A stretch of DNA of 55,598 nt, filler included, from Sphacelaria rigidula (Eukaryota): assembly GCA_964200075.2 (NCBI GenBank). It is 5 parts of 5 records of this genome, joined end to end, with 100 filler letters (N's around TTAATTAATTAA, not from the genome) between each part and the next. Parts side by side here need not be neighbours in the genome. Positions count along the whole stretch, not along the records: positions 44,561 to 55,598 come from CAXNAA020005494.1; 4 more parts are not named here. One strand, written 5' to 3'. Each line of letters begins with the position of its first letter. Within the stretch, counting starts at the first letter, position 1. The notes under the pieces were generated by a model. That model saw only the letters and a list, made by a program, of their open reading frames with translations. It did not search any database and had not been told where the DNA came from. This document shows, piece by piece, positions 46,961 through 55,598 of the stretch. A program made the position numbers and the translations under genes.

Positions 46961-49900
46961 TCAGCAAGTCGTCCCCGTTACAAGGGATATTTCGTCGGTT
47001 TCATCGAAGCACACATATCCCTCCAACGTGATATTGGCGTTGTTGAATCCGACATTTCCCGTCACCACGATGTGAGTGCTATCGGTCCATTCCGCCGTCC
47101 CAGCGACAGTGATCTCGTTGTTGATAAAGTCGATGCCATCCGACCCAGAGAAGTCGAAAGTGTAGTTACTCGTGATGGTGTTGGACTCGAAAACATTGTT
47201 CTCCCCATTCCACATTTTGAGAGCAGGCCTGGTAGATGAAAGGAGGGTGGAAAGGCGAAACGGCGGCGATGAAAACAAATATTGTATGTAGTGGCGTTTG
47301 GTGATGCGAAAATGTTGGAGACATGTCTACAAGGTGGTGACAAAGTGAGCGATTACCAGACAAGGCATATCACTAATTAAGATTCTTCGTCGGAAAAGGT
47401 TGCCTGTCAGTCAACTACAACATAATATCACATCTGTCCGAGCTTGATTCTCTTCGATCACCATCCCCACACCCAGATTTATTTTAATCGCGCCAACTAT
47501 GGTCATTCCCTCCCAGCTCGGATTCTCTCATTTCAGAGAAATATCAGTCACACCCAGCTGACACTCGCTCGCTTGAACCACCATGCGCATCCAGCTTGAC
47601 TACCACTGCACACGCGGCCAGTTGGCTACCTCCAAAATTCCTCCGGAGCGGTCAATTTTCGAGCCTTCCGAGGGCTCAAACGCCTTCAGAGGAATTGAAC
47701 GCATCCAGAGGGGTAGTTTTTGGTTTCCTCCAGAGGGATTAAATGCCTCCGGAGGCTTGTTTTTGCCTCGGAGGGCCGCGCATCCCTCCGGAGGCATTTT
47801 TCTACCCCGGAATTCATCCGGAGGGGTGCGCGGCCACCCAGAGCGGTAGGTTTTGGTTCCCTCCAGAAGGATTACAATCCTTCGGAGGCTTGTTTTGCCT
47901 CTGGAGGGCCACGCATCCTTCCGGAGGCATTTTTGGGGGTAGCTGAATGGCCGTGTGTGTGTACTCACAGGTAATTCGTAGGGTTCACCGTCACGTTGTT
48001 GCCATACACAAGGTTGTCATTGGAGCTACTCGTCAAGTAGATGCCATGCGAGGCGGCGTCGATCTTGTTGTTGGAGATGTCGGCGTTGGAACTGCTCGAT
48101 ACGCTGATTCCACGAGAGTAGGTGTCGTGCACGGCGTTGTCTGCGGCCAATAACAAGGTGCACCGCCCGTAGTAGTCACACACGTTCCGCCAGCCCAAGG
48201 TTAAAAAAGTCAAGTCAACCGCTCCACAACGTGCAAAACATCGAGAGAAATATCGCGTGCGCGTCCGGTAGAATAAGTACACGAGGCACACAAAAAATAC
48301 TCTCACTCGCTTTTTGGCTGAGAAGATGTTTCCAACTACAAATATATGCGTGTGGGTAGCGAGTCCACTCGTCCACCACGCTGCCACTCAGAACAGAGAG
48401 TGCAATTAGTTCCATACTATGGTGCAGGAACTATGATAATTCTGACGCCAATAAACATGCGAATGCTGTTGCGTCTCGTTTTTCGTCGGGATTCACGATG
48501 AATAGCGTGACTACAAGTCATTATCCATCGAGCAAAAATGCTGTACTTACTGTTGACGACGGCGTAGTCGCTGCCACTTTCAAGGTTGATGCCGTAGTAA
48601 AGTGCGTCCATGCCGAATAGCGCGTTGTTCTGGTAAAATGGACACAGCACAGCACCGCACATCAACGAATGGAGCCACCTAGGTTGACGTTCGCATCACA
48701 TGATGAAGCTTTCCACACGGTCATGTCGGCGAGCAGTATGTCATTTGCCACGTCTTGTCTTACCATAGATAGCATCTGCGGTACCTTCATGTCGGCGAAC
48801 AGGTTGTCGTTTGCCACGTCCTGTCTTACCATAGACAGCAGCTAGCTGCGGTCATCTCGAAATGGCCAGCATAACACGTGAATGTGACGGTTCGTGTCCC
48901 TTCAAGATCTTGTATTTTATCTACCAAGCTATCCACGCTGCCCATATCAACACCAAACACGATGCAAGCTGGGTGGGTAAGGTAAGAGGGGCACGCTGTC
49001 TGATTTACAATATAGTGATGTCGCAGTATCGTACATACTCGAAAGGTCCAGTGTTGATCAGCGCGCGGAACAAATCACTTCGTCCAAAAAACAAAAATCA
49101 AAATCACCTGGACAGAAGAGCCGGTAGACCCACTGATGGTTATGCCGTACGGTGCCAGACCGTCAACGAAAAGAATGATGTTGTCATGGATCGTCAACGT
49201 ATCTGAGCTCTCCGCACCGATCCCTGTCCAAGACAACGAAGATCGTCCAACCAAGCCCGTTCAGCGAACCCAAGATAATAAGAGTAAGGTCAAGTCAAGT
49301 GAACATACAGCGAACAACAACCCTCGACAGAGAAGGCCAAAAACGGAGGGCACAGTGTCGAATCAATTCTGGTCGAACCGACAAACAGATTAAAACGATA
49401 ACGAGGAAGAGATTAGCCATATCATGTGGCATGTTGCACATCGTGTGCTATGTGCTGTTTTGTGGTTTTTGGTCACTTCGAGCTAGGTCGTAACAAGAGG
49501 TCGGACGTTCTCCTGCACTCCACTCGTGCCGTGGCCCATCAACTCACACTCGGGTGTTGGTGCTTGTAGTTGTTTGATATCAGCCCTCGGAAAGGAAACA
49601 CACCATTACCAACAATTAACTTGTAGTCCACCTCTGCCACACCGCATATGATCCGGTGCAAAGTGGGGGCATTCAATAAGCCAAAGCTGGAGGTAGCGAA
49701 GAAAACCCGAGATACATCAGACCGAATTAACACAAGCCCCGAAACACAAGGAGCGGAATCCAGCTGACGGTGGGAAGAAAAAGATCGCTGCTTTTTTGCC
49801 TGTATATTCGATGTAACTCAGCGTGTTGCGGCGGATGTCACCCTTCTGGTTCCCAAGCATCTTGATGGCGGTGGACATGTGACGTAGCTCCGAGTCGTAA

Positions 49901-52900
49901 ACGTTCCCGTAAACGTAAACCGAATCATCAGGGCAGAAATCGTTAACCTGCAGAGAATTGGTTGACCGAAGTTACTTCACATCGATCACGTGAGAAACAT
50001 GATGAAAATATTCGTCGTGCCGAGGACGTGGCGATCAGCATGGGAGTTCAGGTCGGGGCATGGTCACTTGGGAATGAATTGTCTTGCTTCCATGGTTGTA
50101 CGCCACTACGCATAAATCAAGACATGCAGGCCCAGAAAAGTCGCATCCCATTTTGATCATCTGAAGTGCGAAGTCAGGAAAGGCACTGAATAATCTATGC
50201 AACCAACACAATGGTGAGATCAACCACGAGCAATGCCTACACGCTTGGTTGGTTCATGTGTGTATCTAAAAATTACCTTCCAGACGAGCGCCCTCAAGTA
50301 AGCCATCGCGGAATTGACGACGTCCTTTGGACCGCAGGACAAGAAATAAGAAGAAATACAACAAGAAAGCGTCAGCGGTTGAAATGGTAGTGTGTTGGGA
50401 TTGGCTCGACTTGGGTCATTCAGTCCACATCTACATTGACGTGCCGGAACAACCGACTTTGCGTCGGTACTAAAAGGAGAAAGTGCAGGCATTCGTTGAT
50501 GTACCATTGTGGACAAACACACAGTGGATCAATCGACGCCACGGCACGACGGTAACAGCAGTGTCGAACTCACCATTCGTGCTTCGCCCATGTCGCTTAG
50601 AGCCTCAACATCGCATGCGCTCTCGTCGGTAACTTCAGTGATTGCGCTGATATAGCTTTGTCCGTCGCTCGTTTCCGTGTCGTAAGCGTTATTCACCGTG
50701 TCCCATCCCACCACCTCAACAACGTCAACAAGTGTTGCAGATGAGTACGCTCACATTGGACATACTTCCTTGGAGCACATGTGTAACATACCGGTTAGTG
50801 CATAGCGCGCTCAACTCTTTGCTTTGCCGATTTAGGGCTGAGAAAAGTATTGTCTTTGCACGTCTGGTTTGTGAAGACATTCCTCTTCGAGACCTCTCCA
50901 CACCCAAGAAGGGTTCGGATGTAACGCAAGCCAAACGACAGGGACAGCCGACAGAATCTCTCGGGTAAGATCGGCACGAGTTTACACATCGGGCAATGGA
51001 CACAACAATAGTTCATTATTGCTTTATGGGAGAGGAAGCAAGTACATCGATACACTACGCATTATTGGATACTCACAATAAATACATGTGTCGAAAGCGT
51101 CCGCCATTAGTCCATCGTAATGCCAACGGATTAAAATACGTTGCCATGATGCACAGTGTATAAATGAATAGATTATGGGGTACTAAATCATCTATCGATA
51201 GCCTTCGCTAAACAGATAGGAGTGGAGCCAAAGCGTTGATGTACGTTAAGAGTTATACGCAGTCTTCGAGCATCAACGGCAGTAACACGACCATATCCAC
51301 AACCATTTGAGGCGATAGTACGTGATAGCCCATTGTGGAAGGTTAACTCCCCCTCCCCGGAAACGGATGCGTGGTCAATGGTCAAACGGCTAAGGCAAGT
51401 AACACATGAGAACGCCCCCCCCCTCCCCGGAAACGTTGTACAGGTAGTTACTGGTTGGCCACCGTGTGACCTGCTGTAGACCGAGACAGGTATTGGTGGC
51501 CCCGATGCAAACCCATTGATTGCCTGACAAGCAACAGCATTGATGGCCATGGGTTGAATTCGGTTTGACCAGCACGGGCGCTGATGGGCGTAATCCAGAG
51601 CCTATTACAAAGGAAATTCCATGACACAAAATATATTTACAATCCATTATGTTGACATTGCTGTTTTTTTCGTTCATTTAATCCAACGCTGCCTACAACA
51701 GCTATTGATGAACGGTGGTATTAATCGCTTGATGGTGATCATTCATTGAGATTTATATTTTCCGAGCCCATGTAGCGGCAATGTCCTATTACGCAGTCTG
51801 TTGTGTGGGGGTATACGCACATATCACAAACAGACGAAGAGTACTGCAGAACTCCAGGCGCCTTTGCCTATCCGAGAAAGAACCATCGATATCCACCCAC
51901 ATCACACCAACAACAAAGCTCATATACCTTAATCCACTCATGCACATAAACGTTCCGAATCTGTAGAAGCCTGAGATCATTTCGTTGAACCCATAATTTA
52001 GGTATCAGAAGAGTAGTTGCTGAACACACGCTAGATCACATCATAGGTGTGGCAAAAGAACATTGAGGGTATCTATCGATGGAAATCGCGTACCACGAGA
52101 GGTTCTGGGCTGTAATCATGACCCATGACTGAAGATGAAGAAATTTATCATCGAGAGCAATGCTGACGGTAATATCGGCTTCTATTGCAGCAGGTCATAT
52201 TACTCGTTTGTCCTTTTCCTGGGGTGGGAACTCGAAACACGGTGTTTGTTGCATCCCAGTGGTTGGTCACCCTTGTGTTCTCGAAGTCAAGGCTTCCTCC
52301 GTACGCCCGCAGGTTGATTACGGTCGCGTTTGAGTCGCCAAAAGAGGGATTGCTCAGGAGCCGCAGCTCGCTGACGTCCCCCCCCGAGTCAGGTCCCCAC
52401 ACCTGCAGCATTGCATCAGATTGCCATATTCAATCAAGCACACGATGTCGAAAACCAAAATCAAGACAAAACACCAAGTGGGGTATTGGATTTCAGGGAT
52501 GGATGGGGAGATGCACGGGTGGGACGGGGAGGGAGGGGGGGGGGGGGTGGCACGTAGCAGTCGCGTTTGTTTCGAGAAATCCACTGCCACGTTACCTGCG
52601 CTACCATCTACGGTGCCACCTAAAGGATACCCACGCCGTCGTGCCTTGTGCTTACCGGGCACAGCGGTGCCATCACGATTATCATGATGCCGAATCTTGA
52701 CTAAGAACCCCCTCCAACGTCAACTCTCAGACAATTTGATTATCCGAACCTCAACCAAAATGAACTTCACAGCGGCGCGGCTCACTACACGGTCAGAGGG
52801 TATGCAGCTATGCGTACATGCGAGAAGAGCACACGCCGGAACGTGATTTGTTGACCGAAGAGAGATCGAGAACTGAATGGTCGCGGACGGCTGACAAGGG

Positions 52901-53959
52901 AAAGGCAAGATCTGTACGCTTTTACCTCAGCAGAGAGACGACCACACTTCACACACACCACTGACATCTGAGACAGAGGAGCCAGACGGTCGCCAGCGGT
53001 CACACGAACGGCCCAGACAACAAGAGAAAAAGGGGGATTTGCGAGAGAGAGATAATCTACGCAAATGCCGATATGGGAACGACGATGGTAAGTGTAATGC
53101 GTGAGAGGACCGCGTGCTTAGAGGACCGCGCCGTAGTTCAAAATACCTCAGGATCGACGTTTTTCGAAACTCATCAGGTCAGTCCCCGCAGGTACCACGC
53201 CCCTGACCCTGACCCCAACACTAACCCTAACCCTAACCCTAACCATAGGGATGTTCAAATTCCGATGCAATCCTCTAAGCACACGGTCCTCTCACGCATT
53301 ACAGTAAGGTCACCAGGGAGCAACATTGGCACTCTATAGCCAAGTGAAACGAAATGCGGGCCTTTCAGCTCTCAAGAGAAAGAAACGTCGGCTAGTGCGC
53401 AGTGTTCAGATGTGTTCAGATGACACCTCTGCTTAAGGCAGGCAAGGAGATATGGGTACTGTTACCGCGACTGCCAGTTTGTGAACGTTCGATCGATTCA
53501 ATTGCTGTGTGTTAGGCTTGGCCATCGAGACTCTTCTATTGAATCGAGTGACGAGCCAGGCTAACCTTTTTCAAGACCGATGGGCCCGACATACAGTACC
53601 TGGAGGGTTATGCCGTCCTGTACGTACAGGTCCTGCTCCAGCAACCATGTGCCTGTTGCCTCGCTAGTGTAGGCATTTGTATCGGGGTCCACGGCATAGA
53701 GGGGGGAAGACGTGTCATCCCCTCCGAGCGCACGCCAGATATCGTCGATGGTGGCACATCCCCCGCGCTGCCCGGAATCCGCGGCTTCGACGTAAAGGAT
53801 CCCCGCAGTAGTATTCCTCCTGAAGCTCACTTCCTTACTGGCATCGCACTCAGGTTTCGGAATTGTCCCGCTTGTCGAAGAATCGCTGCTGGAGCCGCTG
53901 CACGAGCCCGGGCGCAAGAGGACCGCGGGGATCACCCACATCAACGCCTTGAACGCCAT
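46961..53959 (-). CDS. Mannuronan C5-epimerase-like beta-helix protein lacking the catalytic motif (9 exons, 487 aa)
   Basis: Exons 53959-53600, 52402-52271, 50714-50574, 50324-50277, 49947-49800 (GC donor), 49223-49108, 48629-48551, 48140-47969, 47228-46961. They total 1464 nt; all phases join with no internal stop. Signal peptide plus brown-algal ManC5-E hallmarks: LYVEAADSGQRGGCAT, TGTWLLEQDLYVQDGITLQV.G...GGD..ELRL.S, INLRAYGGSLDF.NT.V.GWD, DG.SYISAI.EV, MGEARM, VYGNVYDS, SDTLTIHDN, then parallel beta-helix repeats. Confidence 0.9.
47611..47957. mobile_element. MITE family B copy 2, in the last intron of the epimerase-like gene
   Basis: Ends cacgcggccagttggctac / gtagctgaatggccgtgtg, with the same cctccggagg array as 22920-23252. 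It ends about 10 nt from the intron donor at 47968. Confidence 0.85.
48721..48853. repeat. About 66-bp direct duplication, intronic
   Basis: tcatgtcggcga.cag..tgtc.tttgccacgtc.tgtcttaccataga.agca..ctgcggt occurs twice. Confidence 0.8.
51349..51435 (+). mobile_element. Extremely 5'-truncated (~53 bp) LINE 3' end with a 17-bp target-site duplication
   Basis: ccccctccccggaaacg at 51349-51365 and 51419-51435 flanks gatgcgtggtcaatggtcaaacggctaaggcaagtaacacatgagaacgcccc, which matches the LINE 3' ends at 22107-22153 and 20113-20170. Confidence 0.85.
53200..53244. repeat. Interstitial telomere-like (CCCTAA)n repeat
   Basis: ccctgaccctgaccccaacactaaccctaaccctaaccctaacc inside intron 1. Confidence 0.7.
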
Positions 53960-54389
53960 TCTAGAGTGCTAGATTGAGGCGTTCGTGGACAAAGGGCGAA
54001 GAAGAAAGCGGATGCCAGATTCTGTAGGTATGGAGAAGGAGAAAGGAGCGCAACGGGGTGAAGGGGGCGTGAAACGACGTTTTGGTTTACAAGCGTACGG
54101 TTTGCGGGAAGGCGGCGTCTAATAACAGTTCCCAAAGTGTAGGGTTGTACATTGAGTGGTACCGGGAAATAGTGATGTTGCAGTTGTTCTCAACACGAGC
54201 TGGGTCAGCAATAAATCTCGCATTTGCATGTCACACCATAGCTTATCAAGCTTACCAAATCAGTCTGACTTGAGTATACCGGTTTGACCTGCAGACCAAC
54301 ATGGTAACGCACGGGACCGCCGCTGAATTGAGAAAAAAAGGGGGAAAAATGTGCTGCATAACGTATCACCTAACCGACGGAACAACAAC

Positions 54390-54480
54390 AAAATGAATCC
54401 GTCGGGATTCGAACTCGTGACCTCCATAACTGGAGTCAACTGCATCACTTGGAATAAAAGAGCGCAGCCGTGCCAAACGG
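54390..54480 (-). mobile_element. Degenerate tRNA-like / SINE head
   Basis: Minus strand ggaggtcacGAGTTCGAATCCCgacgg is a B-box/T-arm match; no complete cloverleaf. Confidence 0.4.
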
Positions 54481-55119
54481 AAGGTAGGGTGCTGCGCCAA
54501 ATTTCTGGAATGTTTGGCCGGAATTGTGCCAGGATCTCCTCCACGCAAGGACCCACAACTACACTAAGGATACACCCGTATTTCTCTATTTTCATGGAAT
54601 TATAGCATTTTTTTACTTTTCCCAGAAACCTCAAATCCCCCGAACTTTCTGTTTTTTTTCTTGACATCCCCGGGTAGATTGTGCGTAGTGATGATCAAAA
54701 GGTTGTGTCAAAATTTCAGCGCCCAACGCTTCGGATTACCCACCACCTGGCCTGAATTCATTCGCAAACCACTGTCAGCTGGCCCAGCTCGTATTACCCC
54801 TTTTTCTAGAAATCTAGCGCCCGTGGTCACAAACCTGGGAGACACTAAACTCTGAGTCATCATTATCGACGCTGTGTTTCCGGATATCTCCGAATTTTTC
54901 GGACATTTTGGGCTCTAGGTCCGGACACCTCTAAAATGAAGCGTCTGGCTGTTTTCTCCAAAGCTCCATGTTTGGAGAAGTACCAACAATCCAAAATGCA
55001 GCGCAGCACGTGGGCGAGCTGCCCTGCGTGTTTCGCGTGGGACCCGCAAGCGTCAGAGAGTCACCGGGAACCTTGTAAGTGACATTCTCAGCCATGTCGT
55101 AAAAACACGGGATATTAGA

Positions 55120-55531
55120 AATTGGGGATGGATCTTTTGTTGGGGATGAGAAACCCGGAAGATTAAAATCTTCGTATCCACACCAAATCGTCGAGATATG
55201 GTTCCATTTTTTCACCTACTGATAGCTATTGACAACTGCTACACACCATAGATATTTGGATTTCGATAATCGAAATGTTGGGGGTCCCAGGTGATTTTTT
55301 TGGGGGGGGGAGTTCCGGGTGTCCGAACGGACGCCAAAATTATTCCAAAATAGGTTTTTCACGTAGGACCCCAACATTTCGGTTATCGAAATCCAAATTT
55401 CTATGGCGTGTAAAAGTTATCAATAGCTACCAGTAGGTGAAAAATGGAACCTTATTTCGGAGATTTGGTGTGAGTACGAAGATTTTGATCCTCCGGGTTT
55501 CCCATCCCCAATGAATGATCCATCTCCAATT
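55120..55531. repeat. Imperfect long inverted repeat (~167-bp arms); fold-back element
   Basis: aattggggatggatc...aaaatcttcgta...ggttccattttttcacctactg...tttggatttcgataa.cgaaatgttgggggtcc (55120-55287) pairs with 55366-55531. Confidence 0.9.
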
Positions 55532-55598
55532 AACAGCCGATTCTCAAAAATGGGGTTGAAAAATAAAATGAGACTCAACTCAAAAGCCGTGCTTTCCC

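Noticed and set aside
53200-53244. Chromosome end
   Set aside because: Only a few degenerate CCCTAA units, inside an intron.

Overview
Eukaryotic, intron-rich and transposon-rich DNA, very likely from a brown alga (Phaeophyceae). The evidence is a mannuronan C5-epimerase-family gene, a bipartite ASAFAP-type plastid presequence and spliceosomal introns. The window is not one locus. It is five unrelated contigs of almost equal length (1-11041, 11142-22182, 22283-33321, 33422-44460, 44561-55598) joined by an artificial 100-nt N44-TTAATTAATTAA-N44 linker, so adjacency across linkers means nothing. Six spliced genes were reconstructed by hand: (1) a partial, probably plastid membrane protein (minus, 2057-10701); (2) three exons of an ARM-like helical protein (minus, 12110-18792); (3) two exons of a Lys/Ala-rich protein (plus, 31474-32553); (4) a complete plastid-targeted EF-hand + Tic20 fusion (plus, 33587-36889); (5) a secreted-type Cys-rich repeat protein with an acidic/aromatic repeat insertion (minus, 41789-43446); (6) a complete 9-exon, 487-aa mannuronan C5-epimerase homolog (minus, 46961-53959). 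Gene 6 has an intact frame but lacks the catalytic YGFDPHD motif, several basic groove residues and two loops. It is the most interesting signal, a candidate pseudo-epimerase. The rest is degenerate LINEs (one family with C-rich rather than poly-A tails), tRNA-derived SINEs, MITEs, long fold-back elements, DNA-transposon remnants and simple repeats. All gene models and family assignments are by-eye and need database or RNA-seq confirmation.
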